Shown here: one piece after another, positions 13,090 to 25,741 of the stretch
Numbering within the stretch: the stretch's first letter is position 1
Layout: every line of letters starts with the position of its first letter
Assembly: GCA_051294905.1 (NCBI GenBank)
Contig: CM119372.1
Span: 27,344,001 to 27,408,000 of the forward strand
Source of the DNA: Botryllus schlosseri
Taxonomy: Eukaryota
Length of the DNA: 64,000 nt
Direction: 5' to 3'
Translations under genes and position numbers: made by a program
The notes under the pieces: model-generated
Told to the model about the DNA's origin: nothing
What the model saw: only the letters and a program-made list of their open reading frames with translations
The model's database searches: none

Positions 13090-14280
13090 AGGAAAATTTG
13101 AAAATGTCATATATCATATGTGACACAGCATCTGTTGATACTGAACGGCGGAATGGCGTTGTTTCGAAACTGCAAAATACAATGATAAGCAAGGGTTTTC
13201 ATAAACCACAGTATCTTGGTTGCCAACATCATATTATCGATTCTTTAAGCATATATCAGAGTTCTTCAATCCAACGTCTTCATCAAATCCAACTCTCAGC
13301 TACAAATTTAGAGATGATGCGGTAAAACACTACGAAAACTTGGTACAATCCACCAGGCCAGAATTTCAGATGAAAATATTAGAAAACCGAGGATGGAGGG
13401 GTGGTTTTAAGTTTATCTATGAGTTGTGCAGAGCATGCCGTTCTTTCGAAGAAAATAATAGATTACCACTAATCAATTGGCATAAACTTTCATCTCTTCG
13501 CAATGCGAGATGGAACTCATAAGGGCCATGATTGCGTACTTCAAAATCCCCAGATGGAGAGTAACTCTGAAGATATCATGCTTATTCATCGCAAATGCGT
13601 GTCAGGAAGCCTGGTATTCCAACCAGATGCCTAAAGAAGAAATATACTAGAGCCCAACCGATTATCGGTTCGCCGATAATATCGAGACGATATCATACTT
13701 TGAAAGAATTATTGGTATCCGCCATTGGAGGTGAAAAATCATCTGCAATTTTTGTGACGTCACAACATGGCGGCCGGAAGTCAGAAAACTATAATCTTTG
13801 ACCGATAGACTGAGAATATTGTTAAACTTCATATATAGCTTACACTTTACAGGTGTCCAGATGGAGTCTTTCTAGATTATTTCTCGTTCAAGTATAACAA
13901 TGGCTGTAAAGATTTTCAAATAAATACTCTGGAGCTTTGAAAATGTGCTTACGTATATCCAACTTCTTTTGAATATCGACTGAATGTATTGGGGATATCG
14001 GTCAAAGTGTGAGATATCGGTTTTATCGGTATCGACCCCAAAATCCAATATCGGTCGGGCTCTAGAATATTTCAAAGATTATTTGCTGCTATATTTGCGC
14101 TCGAATGTCCTGCAGCGACAAAGTGCCTTAAAACCCCATTGGAAGTCGGATGTGTCCGTCGTAGATGTCCGTGGCACTAACATAATAACAGAACGGGAAG
14201 TCAAACTGATTGATGAACTTTACCAGAAGTGCAAAAGGACCGATATTTGAAGATTAAATTTGCAGCAAAGAATACCGTTG
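13090..14280 (+). pseudogene. Frameshifted hAT-related (hATm-like) transposase remnant
   Basis: Collinear motifs across frames: ICDTASVDT..NGVV (DTTxxNTG-like), YLGCQHH (CxHH), ARWNS (RW motif), TNIITEREVKLI (NxxxERxVKL). The subfamily assignment is from memory of motifs. Confidence 0.65.
13648..14064. mobile_element. MITE with TAGAGCCC TIR and CCGATA/TATCGG subterminal repeats, interrupting the transposase remnant
   Basis: TAGAGCCCAACCGAT / ATCGGTCGGGCTCTA ends. A related reverse copy lies at about 31360..31917. The TSD is degenerate. Confidence 0.75.
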
Positions 14281-15150
14281 AATTGTAAATTTTTTCTATA
14301 TTTGGACCAGTGTCGAAAATTAAAGTGAGTTTATGCGGGACTTTTTTTCGATTTGAACAAAATGATTATAATTCTATTAATTTATACCAAAATGTTCATT
14401 AATTCCTGCTACAGGGAATTTTTTTTTCAAGTCATAACCCCAATGAGCAAGTTCGATATTTGGTGTCATAAGGGATGATTTGCGAGGAAATATCCATGAC
14501 TTCCCCGCTTGGCGCTCATGGATTACTGGCATAGCATGGACGGGTGGTGCAAGACTTAGAAAACCGTACAAGGCTATATCTGTAGGCTATACCTTCCTTG
14601 TCCAGCGGCATATGCACATCATGCACTCATGGTATGCATATGCACAGATCGTGTATATGTCTATCATGAGTCGGTGTATAAGCCGCAAAAACATCAAGGA
14701 CAAAAATAAGCTACGTCGTTTCCTTTCCTTCCTTTAATAAAAAGCTCTACATTTGATAGAAATGTGTTGGATATTACAAGGAGCTTGTAATTTATTCAGC
14801 ATTGCTCGAAGGCCGGATCGGGATCCCGGGCCAATCTTAATAAAGTCCGCCCATATCAGCTCAGAACATGTTGAGAGATCCAAGCATAACAGAAAGTAAG
14901 ACGCACTCGTACCTTTTCGCCAGCGCATTATGATAAAATGAATGGCTGGGTATAGCGAGGATGAAGAGGCTTTGTTTAGTCTTTACTGACTTATATTATA
15001 CATCGTATATGCCAGTGTTGGGATCAAGTCACTACTTTCGAGTCACAAGTCATTTCGAGTCACTGCAGATTTTGAGTCTAGTCAGGTCAAGGCAATCGAT
15101 TTCTGAAGGTGACTCGAGTCAAGTCAAGTCACTCGATTTTTGGAGGTGAC

Positions 15151-15310
15151 TCGAGTCAAGTCAAGTCAAGTCAAGTCAAGTCAAGTCAAGTCAAGTCAAG
15201 TCAAGTCGAGTCGAGTCGAGTCGAGTCGAGTCGAGTCGAGTCAAGTCAAGTCAAGTCAAGTCAAGTCAAGTCAAGTCAAGTCACGAGTCAAGTCACAATT
15301 CAAGTCAAGT
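15151..15310. repeat. (TCAAG)n/(TCGAG)n pentanucleotide microsatellite grown from MITE subterminal motifs
   Basis: About 30 tandem 5-mers are visible directly. Confidence 0.95.
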
Positions 15311-15809
15311 TGCCTTTTCGAAGTATGAGGAATGATAACGTCATCGCATTTTGCTGGCTGTTTGAAATTCAGATTGAGTGGTCATTGATTTTGAACCGGT
15401 GAGCGAATATAGAGTTCCTAAATATGCACGCAAGAAGGCGTTTGTATCGCTCACACATACAAAGAACTGTTAAACTACGTAAGTAATTGCATAGCCTCAG
15501 TTTCTACTTACGAGCAAAAATATAGAATACGGAATGGAGAAACGAATTAATAAGATCCAATACAATACCAACCTACATATTTACGTGATACATTCGAGCC
15601 TAGACCAATGTCTGACGAGTATCTAGACCAGTGGTTCCCAAACTTTTTCGGTGTGAGGGCCAAATTTGGAATTTCATAGTACGGTCGGGGCCGCATGAAT
15701 ACTACGGCTATGAAACGGACCCAAACAGTCATCATGGCTATTTCGGAGTAGTTTTATTGCCCTGGCGAGATTTCAAAACTGTACACTGTTTACCGCTACT
15801 TATTTGCAG

Positions 15810-18314
15810 CATTGGGTGTCCGTTGAGTGAATCAGCTTTTCTTGCCTAAACGCGCAAAGCGCGAGAAATTTTTTTAGTTTCATGACTGAATCGGTCAATT
15901 TGATTGGGAATTGCATGTATTGCTATCAATTTTCATCCTGTCTCTGTTCACGTAATCTGATTTACCGGTAGAGCTGAGTGAGGTGTGTTTGAAAAGGTAT
16001 AGCCCCCTCAGTAGTAATTAAACATCTCCGGGGGTATACCCGTTGGCAGGAACGTAACAGCACTTCGTCAGGACCCGGGCTCCCATAGGGTGATAAACTG
16101 ACCCCGCATCACGTTGTTCGCTTTTACCACGAAATTAAAGTTGTACTCTCTAGTGCAGTGGTCGGGAACTTTTTTCACCCGAAGAGCCATATTGACCCTA
16201 TATTTCCCATTTCAACTCCCAAAGAGCCATACATGTCAATCAACTCTTACGTCACAATTGAAAAATGGTGACGTAAGGGTAGCGCAAATTCGAAATACCT
16301 ACGTGGGATTCGTCATTTGCAACGTATTTTCTCTGTAAAAACTCGGACTTATCATGCTAGTTGCCTTATATGAGTAATGAGTATACGAAACTTGATTTAC
16401 ATGGATATTTTGCAAGTTATATATTTTAAATTATATTGCACTTAGAGGCATATGATATTTTTGAAGCTTAAGACAATCAACATTTAGATTTCCAACAGAC
16501 GTAGACACCAGTAAAAGTAACAATCTACTTTTTACACGTTTTTTACAGGTAATGCGTCTTTTGGTGGTGTTACATGGTATTCCTGATGGTTTTGTAGTCT
16601 GCTTGTAGATAATTGTTGAGGTTAAGCTTCATACAAAATTTGAGAGTTTCATCAGTGATACGAGATCGTAGGTTCGTCTTGATACTATCCGTAAATGCGA
16701 GGCCCCGTGACAACATACGCGGGTGGATCCAAACATGGTCACCATAACAGCAGTATACATACCCACTGTAATGCGTGATGCGTCCGTGAGGTGGGGTCAG
16801 GGGAGGCACGTAGGGCAGTGCATCCCCTGTCTACTAGATTTTGAACATTTTTCCTACCAAAATCACGCATTTTGCCAATTTATTGTTCGAAAATAAAGCG
16901 TGACAGGGGAGGTGAGGCACGGCCGGACCATACCTAACCTGTGATAGCGCAATTAATCGTAAATATCATAGAATTTATATTAACTGATTATAATCGAATG
17001 TAATTGTCGCACTCATTCCGATTCGACTTTTCAATTCTCAAAATATTCTGCGGTAACATAATGTTGAGCCACACGCCTACATTTTAACAGCGACTACAGA
17101 GCTACGTTATCAATCAAGAACGTGGATAGCTATGCCGTTGTTGGTAATTTGAATTTGTAATTGTGAACTTCCACGGCAGTTCATTTCTCGCCGCCGCGTT
17201 GTGCAATCCAAGATTTCATGGCAGGTACATCGAATTCGGGAATGATATTGGTCGCCGGCGCAACATCAACTGGAATTTGAGAATTTTGAAAAGGGGATCT
17301 GTGCCCCTAACTCTGAATACGCCACTGAATTAACCTCTCAAAGACATGTTTAAATTGTCACAAGAATAATTATACAGATTTAATAACAAGTTACTGTAAT
17401 ATTCATAAATTAGGCACAAAAATTAAAATTTCACAAAGAGCCATATCTTATGCCCAAAAGAGCCATATATGGCTCGCGAGCCATAGGTTCCCGACCACTG
17501 CTCTAGTGAGACAGCGCGACGCGCGAATATTTCGATAATTCATGATAAAATCGGTGAATAAGATCGGGAATTGCATGGTTGTCATCTTTGCCCACGTAAT
17601 CAGATTTACCGGTAGAGCTGAGTGAGAGGTGTCTTTGAAACTGCAGACCCCGTAAAATTAAACATCTTCGGGCGGGCGGACCCCTAGGTATGACTTCTTT
17701 ACATGATGTTATTTCGTGACCTCCTGTCTGCTATATCAAAAAATTTAGAATTGCCCAAACCTACTAAACTGAAAGATCACACGATTTCATATTGGTATTT
17801 CTTCACTGGCATATAATTTTCTTTCCTGCGGGATGGTATTTGTCTTGTGAGGTTCAGATTGCAAAGACAAGAACATTCGATGCCAGTCATTTAGGCGCCT
17901 TTATGGACAATTAAACCTATATGTATTTTGTATATATAACGAAGTTTTTGGTCAGCATAGAAGCGTCCTTTACGGCCAAGGCTTTCTCGCTGCCGATCGT
18001 TCTGACACACTTCTTGGAGTCACATGTTACATGGCCTAAAACTTTATATGTCTTGGTGCGTTGTTGTGCGGTCATGACCAACGCTGATATGCCCATTTCT
18101 ATATATCTTGCGTATTTTTTCTGGGGGAAGAGCACCCAATAATCAAGATATGTGGCGAATTGAAATCGCGACTTGCGCGAAAAATTTTTGAAAAAGTTGC
18201 ATAAGTTTTCCAAAAATACTCTATAATTTATGCTAATTCACGAAATATTATTGGGCACCTTCGAGCTCGGCCCCCCTCAATTGGGGGGTTCATGGTGCGG
18301 CAGCTACGGCCCTG
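15810..18314 (-). mobile_element. Family-B element, split by the 16156..17500 insertion
   Basis: Collinear with the reverse complement of 57469..58794 on both sides of the insertion. Ends GCAGCTACGGCCCTG. The left boundary is approximate. Confidence 0.8.
16156..17500 (-). mobile_element. hAT Charlie/Buster deletion derivative with a transposase C-terminal remnant
   Basis: TIR CAGTGGTCGGGAAC / GTTCCCGACCACTG. Perfect TSD CTCTAGTG. The minus strand at about 16570-16690 reads IKTNLRSRITDETLKFCMKL, resembling the hAT dimerization tail. Confidence 0.9.
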
Positions 18315-19512
18315 ACTATAGGACTACCAATTATGCTGCTTTTAGCTGGCTAAGCAGTATGCATCTCAGCGTATTCAACCGTGAGTCAAGTGTTGCACAT
18401 CTAGTTATCATAGGGTTACCATACGTCCTCTTTTAAGATGATTTGTCCTCTTTTTTGATTTTTTTTAAAGTGACCTCGGAGGACGCCCAAATGTCTTCTT
18501 ATTTAAAATTTTGTCTTCTTTTCTGAGGATTTTAGTTACATATAGCGCCGAATTCGACTGATATACATTAAGTCAGCTCTGTAGGAACGCAACGGCGGCT
18601 ATTTCGGAAGCTGGGCCGGAAAGTTCACCTTTTTTCAGTCAACCACCTGTTAATGTGAAAGAAAAACTGTATTTTCCGGGAGTTGAGTCTCTTTTTCTTT
18701 TTTAGTAAAAAATTTACCATTTTTGCAGGATTTTCCTCCGGTTTTGAAAGTTATCAATACCTATTTATATCTATAGCTACTGCTTGTTCAACTGGAAAGT
18801 TAGGGCACATTGCATTGAAACAGCAGTGAGGTGATGTTAGCAGTCTATACTCACAACTTTCCCGCAATTCTATAATTAAAAACTACAGAGGCCAAGCCAA
18901 GCAAGAGTATTTTATATATATAAATTTTATTTTTTGTCGTAAATCGATTTCTTAATATATTTTTTGGGGCCGCAAGAAGGTTATCTGGGGCCGCATGCGG
19001 CCCTCGGGGCCGCGATTGGGAATCACTGATATAGACTATATTCGAATTCGATTTAAATAAAACAAAGGGACTGGTTAAAATAAGAACAGAGAACGGAGCT
19101 ATATATTTGTTATTAAGATACTTTATTAGCAGTTTACGACAACTAAACCTGTAAGCTCCCATCACTTCGTTTCTGGTCAAAATATTTGTGATGAAGCATA
19201 TAGGCTCAGTGAAATGCATGGTCATTCAATGGTTGATCGCTCTCACGTGTTACACCAGCGTTTCGCGAACAATTCGAACATATGCAAGATACAGTGATTT
19301 TTATCGAGGCCGATTACTTGAATTTGACTCGTAAATTTTCATTGATTCGTCAATCCACATTTCTGATACGCCGAGTCAAGTCAAGTCATTTCTGCAAAGT
19401 GACTCGAGTCAAGTCAAGTCATACGAAAAAGGGGACTCGAGTCTGACTCGAGTCGAGCCGTGACTTGAGTCATCCCAACACTGGTATAAGGGCCCAAGCA
19501 GTGAGCCTAGTG

Positions 19513-20564
19513 TAGGGTTGCCATACGTCCGGAATTTCCCGGACATGTCCGGAATTTCACTGAAAAATCTGCGTCCGGGAGGAATTTCTAAAATATGCCT
19601 AAATGTCCGGAATTTTGAAGGCTTGAAGCAGGCTCAAAAGTTTTTCGTAAATCAACATAAACAATATTATATTTTCAAGCAGATTTATGCTATTCAAAAT
19701 TGTTCTTCGCCGCGCGCGAGTTAATGCAACGTGTAATGATATTAGTATGGGCAGCAGGCACCCCCCTCTCCAAAAAATGCAATCAAAAGTGATATAAATA
19801 ACCATCATTTACTGAAATAAGTCTGATTGTAATCGCAATGATAAGCTAATGGTATATTCCTAGAGCTGGTTAAGGCCGATTGGATGCTTCAATCACAGAT
19901 AGTGGTTCCAAATCTTGGTGTCGTTCGCCTTTATCTGGGGATCGCGATGATGTTGAGCTTTGCCACGGAACATTTTCAAGTGGGAAATGAGGTCGCGACC
20001 ATAGAATGCTGGAAATCACCGGATGTGCAACCTGCTGGTGCATTTTATAGTAGCCTAATATATGGAAGAATCAATATTATTGGCAGAATTCATACATAAA
20101 ATTTAACAGCCAAATGTATATAGTAAGTGCCCAACAAGTTACATCGACTATCCTATGGTGGGCCCAAGATCAGTGCTTTTTTGGGCGGAAGGGGGTGGGG
20201 AGAAAAATGTTGTTTCAGATCTGATTAAAACACATATACAGATAGCCCACCGACCTAACAGTATAGCAGGACTGCCAAACACAATCCTGGCAGGCCAGAC
20301 ACGGCCCTCCAGATGATTTCATCCGGCGCGTGGAGGAATCTACTGCAGACCCTAGCAAGTAGCACTCACCAGAGCTCACATTACAGATGGCCCAATTCAT
20401 GACCTATGTTCCACTCCATTCCTGTATAGTGTATACAGTCGATGAACAATGCTTTTCCAGTGTGACGTCATATTGACGGTCAATGAGTTACAACTCATTT
20501 TAAAATCCGCTAGTGGGCGCTAAAGAGGGTCCGGAATTTGCTTCACAAAAATATGGTAACCCTA
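19513..20564. mobile_element. hAT-like MITE (TAGGGTTGCCATA TIR)
   Basis: TAGGGTTGCCATA / TATGGTAACCCTA. Perfect TSD GCCTAGTG. TCCGGA subterminal repeats. Confidence 0.9.
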
Positions 20565-23301
20565 GCCTAGTGGTTTAAACAAAACATGGTATCACAATCT
20601 GAAGCATCCAGCAGAGCTCGGGAAAGCACATCCAAATATTCCAAGTGCACACTGTACGCGGAATGCATGTTGCCACCGAGTACAATCGCTTCTGCATAGT
20701 GAATATCATGTCAAAGGGCAACGCATTCCATTCCTTATTCGTCTGCCTGCACAATGAGCATTGCGAATAAAAATCAGCATGTTGTGTTTCTGGTGACTAA
20801 CACATTTAAATTTATTATATGTCATGAAATGTCCCTCCCCGGCCACGATGAGAAGGAAAGTTCTCTCAGTAATGGATATATTGGGATTTGAATGATTACA
20901 AGGCTTCAGGCTTCATTTGATAGAAAGTTGAGCGCCATGTCCAGTGTCCACACCTCAACAGTAGCGATAGAAATACTCACCACCACGAAGTTATATTCTC
21001 AAAATTGCTTTAATACGCAATTGAGACAAAAAAATTGCTCGTTCCCTCGGGAGCGGAGTTGTATATTACACCCGGCCTTGTAAACGATCAACCATTGAAA
21101 ACACTGGTCTACCCGAAGTTTGCACCAGGACTTCTTTGGGTCAATAATACCTAATTTTGGGGCGGTGAATTCGGATCTGACGTTATTTTTGCTCTGTCAC
21201 ATCACATTGTAGAGATATGATATATGTTTAATATTTCGACTTTTTCGTAGTAATCAAGTAGATTTGGGCTACTTGCAGTACTTACTGAAGTGGTAACGTT
21301 TTGCAGCTACTTCTACATCTACCTGAACAGTATTCTGGATGAACTAATTACATTTGCAACTCGGTTTTTCTAAAGTAGAAAGTAGTTCGGGACAATATTC
21401 CACCAATATCTTGAGGTAAATTGTCATAAGAAACGCATGAAATAGCCTTTGCATCATGGTAATTGAATATATTTTTCTGAGATTTTACTCATGGGTGGTC
21501 TCATCATTATATCGCTACATTGATGCATCTTGCGATTTCGTATGTAGCCACCTACGACTATAGGTGTTGAATGTATGCGACCACCGACCAAATATACTTA
21601 TATATTTACTGACTTCCTCAAACCTTTCATTTCGTATTCCATTTGAAATAGTTTTCAGATGTCTTGGAAATTATTACTTCCACTTGTAATTAGGTAGAAG
21701 TGAAAGGTGTTACTTATGCTACTTGAGTAGCAACGCCGATGCCTTCGACCAACTCCAGTTCATAGTAACTCATCGGCAAATCAGAAACCTCCAAAAATGA
21801 AAGCTGTTTGTATGGAGAACTGGCATTTATTCCGGCAAAACACTAGGGAAAAGCCTCGAAACCATATGGAAACATCACTAGAAATTAACCAATGCTCATC
21901 TCTGGCTCTCTTCCAGCATAGGACACATGGTATTTGGTGGAGGCCTAGGTCACAAAATGTCCTATGTCGAGACGGATTGACTGTCCGAGAACCAGGGCAT
22001 GGTATGGTATGGAAAGAAATTTCGGTAAGGAATATGGAAGAGTGCTAGTATGGTATGGAATGTTATTTCCATACTTCCATACTTTTTCCATACTTTGGCA
22101 GTTTTGCCAGAATCATGACAATGATCCTACTTTCGATTTGTCAAACTGATTGCATACCTCAGAAAATCGCTCACTGTCTATGTTCATATATCAAATTGCG
22201 ATTTATCACTCACTCATCCCGGTCAACATCTATTTGAAGACAACAAGGTAGCGCTACGGGCATATGAAGGGAATTAATATTAATAATAAACAATCAAATC
22301 AAATCAAATTTATATACCATAAAAACGAATGATATTCGACCGCTGTTGCGTTACAACTTGCATTTCGCTCATCGTAACCAGACACGGGGTGATTACTTCA
22401 TGAATGTAATCGATTGCGATTACGATTACTTCTGAATCACACGATTACGATTACGATTACGATTACAGCAAAATCAGGAAGTAGTCGATTACGATTACGA
22501 TTACATTGGAAAAGTGATCACGATTACTCACGATTACATTTATTATGCTTCTTAGAACTATAATCTTACAAGATATATTGAAGACAATATAAGGATTGCG
22601 TCGAAAAGGCCTAATGAGATAACAACAACTTCCTCAATAACTGATGCGCTACTTGCTTGTTACGTCATAATGTACCCATTGCCCAACTTAATAAGAGACG
22701 ATTTATCGCATCCAACAATTTGCATTCTTGCCAGGTCCGTAACTGCCGCACCCCAAACTCCCCAATAGGGTGGTCAGAGCGCTCGAAGGGGACTCAGAAG
22801 TAATTGGTAAAACCAACATAAAATATAGAGAATTTTGTTAAGATGTGATTAACTTGAACATTTTTTTCGGGCTTCGCCGAACCTACAAAGGTTCGTTTGT
22901 GAACGCGAACCTCTAAATTTCTGAGGTTCAACACACACAGAACGCGAACGTGAACCTCGCGTTCACACCATCCTTGGTACGTACTGCATAGGCCTGCTGC
23001 TCGCCAAACACCAACAGACAAATTGCGTTTAACTATAAGCATAACCTTTAACCAAACATCAATATATAAGTTACCATTTGCAACTAGGCAGAATGGTGAT
23101 TATTATCCTGCTGCGAGGTAGTGGCGTCTGGAGTGTTGCGATCAGGGCTTTGGAGCAGCCGTAAATTTAAACTGCTCCAGCTCCGGCTCCGGAGCTTTCT
23201 TCTATCATACATTAGCTTCGGCTCCTGCTCCGGAGCCGAATTATTACCACTGCTCCGACTCCAGCTCCGGCTCTGAAATTATCGAATGGGCCTCTCTATA
23301 T

Positions 23302-23974
23302 CAGGGGTGGCCAACCTGCGGGCCAAATGTGGGTTTTGCGTGGAGGGTTTTGCGTGGCCCGCGAGGTAATTTCCTATTATATTATCGAAAATGAATTTCT
23401 CAGATAGTGAATTTGCAATGCTAACCAAAAATTATAAGTATGGCTCACTTGTGATGTTGATGACTAAAATATCAGTACCGACGCATTGGCAGATCCATGG
23501 TACATTACATTTTCAGTAAATCGTCGTACATTACAATAAACTACAATAGTAATGAATTTTTTCTTCACGCTTCGCGTGTTTAATTGTCACACGATTTCTT
23601 GCTTGGTAGCCTACCGCCTACCGAAAATGAAAAAAGCGCCTAATTTACCCGATTGAGTCTAACTGTATTCGCAATTACGGGAGAAAGTCTTTTCGCGTTT
23701 GCGCTCGCATAAAGATCGTGGACAGGCTCAAAATCATTGTCGCATGCTATCGGAGACCTTCGATATCGATGTGGCCAGACGCCGAATAGTCGTGTCCTCA
23801 AACTGAGCCCAGCGGGCGGTATAGAGTAGACCCGCAATATACTCAAGTAATAATATTATTGACCTAGTTTATTTATAAACTTTGAAAATTTTACCTTCTT
23901 GGCGCGGCTAGTGGACCACGCACTCGTTCGTCAATTGCATGTGCCCCTTTAGCCGAAAAGGTTGGCCATTTCTG
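23302..23974. mobile_element. hAT (Charlie-like) non-autonomous element
   Basis: CAGGGGTGGCCAACCT / AGGTTGGCCATTTCTG. TSD CTCTATAT/GTCTATAT (7/8). Confidence 0.85.
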
Positions 23975-24151
23975 GTCTATATAGATTACTAGCCTAGTTG
24001 TCTATAGTAATCAAGAGTTTGTCAACCGACAGTAACATCCGATGTAGCAACGAAGACATAGGTGCCGCCGTTCTGGCCTGTGACATCATCATGAATACTT
24101 GTCAATGGTCGATAACATCATAGTTGCACTAGAACGCACTTTACTATATGC

Positions 24152-25741
24152 CAGGGGTCGGCAACCTTTTGCTAGTCGCGGGCCAAATTTCGGGTGTACA
24201 ACTTTTTGGCGGGCCGGAATTTTTCTTAGTACTATATTTTACGCTCACTTCGGTATATTATCCTACATTGCTGCAATCTCAATCATACCAATCAGAAGAC
24301 ACATGTATTTACACTTCAACAACACAGAATAAATGTGACAATTGACGCAGCTTGCTTTGTGAAAGGTTTTCAACTTATGGTAACAAGTCAGATGAAACAA
24401 GAATCAGACCCTATATTCAAAATGGGCTTCCGAAATACGTGATCTTAGCTTGCTGGTGGTGAGTTTGCTTGCGTGAATTTCATTGTTCAAAATTATTGTT
24501 CACATGCGTACGTGCTTCCAAAAATCGATGCAATTTCTTTTGCATTGTTGGTCAAGCTGGGATAAAGACCAATTTCAAGAACGTACTCTTTGTCAAAGTC
24601 ATGCAGCGATATGCTCTTTGTATGAAATTTGTCATTCAATTCAACTGCATCGCATTTCAGAAAGGTCCACTTGAAATTTTCAGGCAAAGGTATTGGCGTC
24701 CACATTAAACGGAGTACTGAATAGTCAGAACTCATTTTGTAGAGAAGGAATGTCGGAAAAGCGGGTGAATATTCAGTAGTTAAATTTCGTATCACAGTTA
24801 CAAATGTAGTGTTGGTACTAGGTTTTCTCTCCTCCAGTATAGGAAAGTGAGCATAATTTTCTTTGTACTGTTGACATTTCCAGAGTCACAGATTTGTTTT
24901 GAATGCGCCTCAACATCTCATGTATTTAGTTGTTTTCCCCCTGAAGTTGCAAATTCAATTTGTTCAGATGTGACGTTAAATGTACCAGGAAAGCAAGATG
25001 AGATACCCATTTTCGATTACAAGATTATGAGTCGGCGATATTTGTGTTTTCGAGGAAAGTTGCTATTTCATTTCTCAGTTCATACACTCGTGTAAGCATA
25101 GCTGTTCGACTTAATGCGCGAAGCCGCGAACGTGACAGATATAGGCCTCCATGACATCGCCATATTGATTCTCTGCTTCTAGTAATATCTGGCGTAACTG
25201 ATTCAGTTAATGAGACGAAAATCATCTTAACAGTTTTCACCATTGTGGCCAAAACACTATTCAGGTTTGTTGTCTTGGCACACAATGCATTCTGGAAAAT
25301 TTAACTATAGATAGGCTAACTTACATACGGAGGCTAGTTATCTATAATTGAACAGTTTGAGATTCCGTCATTGCGTCTGAGAAGTTCCAAGCGTTTTTGA
25401 AGCAAAGGAAGAACGCCTTTATTGCCACACCCAATTAGAGTGGTAAACCCTTTAAAAAAGTATGGAACACCTTCGGTTGCGAGATACACCCGATCGATAA
25501 GCACTGATCCAGTCTAGTCTATCTCCATCTCCTACTTCAACCACTTGCGTTTTATGGCGTAACAATAGACTAATACGTTGTAGGCTACTATTATATCGTA
25601 GCAATGCCGCATTTTTTCATGCAGTGCTGCACTGCAGATTGAAACTCATTATGAAACGGCGGGCCGTATTCTTGTGATAACTAATTATTATGTAGCGGGC
25701 CGGACGATTTCGCTTGGCGGGCCGTACGTTGCCGACCCTTG
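24152..25741 (-). mobile_element. hAT Buster/Charlie element with a decayed GTF2IRD2/EPM2AIP1-type transposase
   Basis: TIR CAGGGGTCGGCAAC / GTTGCCGACCCTTG. Perfect TSD CTATATGC. Minus-strand remnants LCAKTTNLNSVLATMVKTV, ELRNEIATFLE and YPSLTNNAKEIASIFGSTYACEQ. Confidence 0.9.

Larger units (their letters stand above)
15629..19028. mobile_element. hAT (Charlie-like) element nested in 15013..19483
   Basis: TIR CAGTGGTTCCCAA / TTGGGAATCACTG. TSD ATCTAGAC/ATATAGAC (7/8). Confidence 0.85.
15013..19483. mobile_element. hAT-like MITE with (TCAAG/TCGAG)n subterminal arrays, outer shell of a nest
   Basis: TIR CAGTGTTGGGAT / ATCCCAACACTG. TSD GTATATGC/GTATAAGG (6/8). A partial reverse copy ends at 26512. 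Confidence 0.8.

Noticed and set aside
15109..15402. ORFs with VKSSQ/VESSR repeats
   Set aside because: They are translations of the (TCAAG/TCGAG)n array inside a MITE, not a protein.
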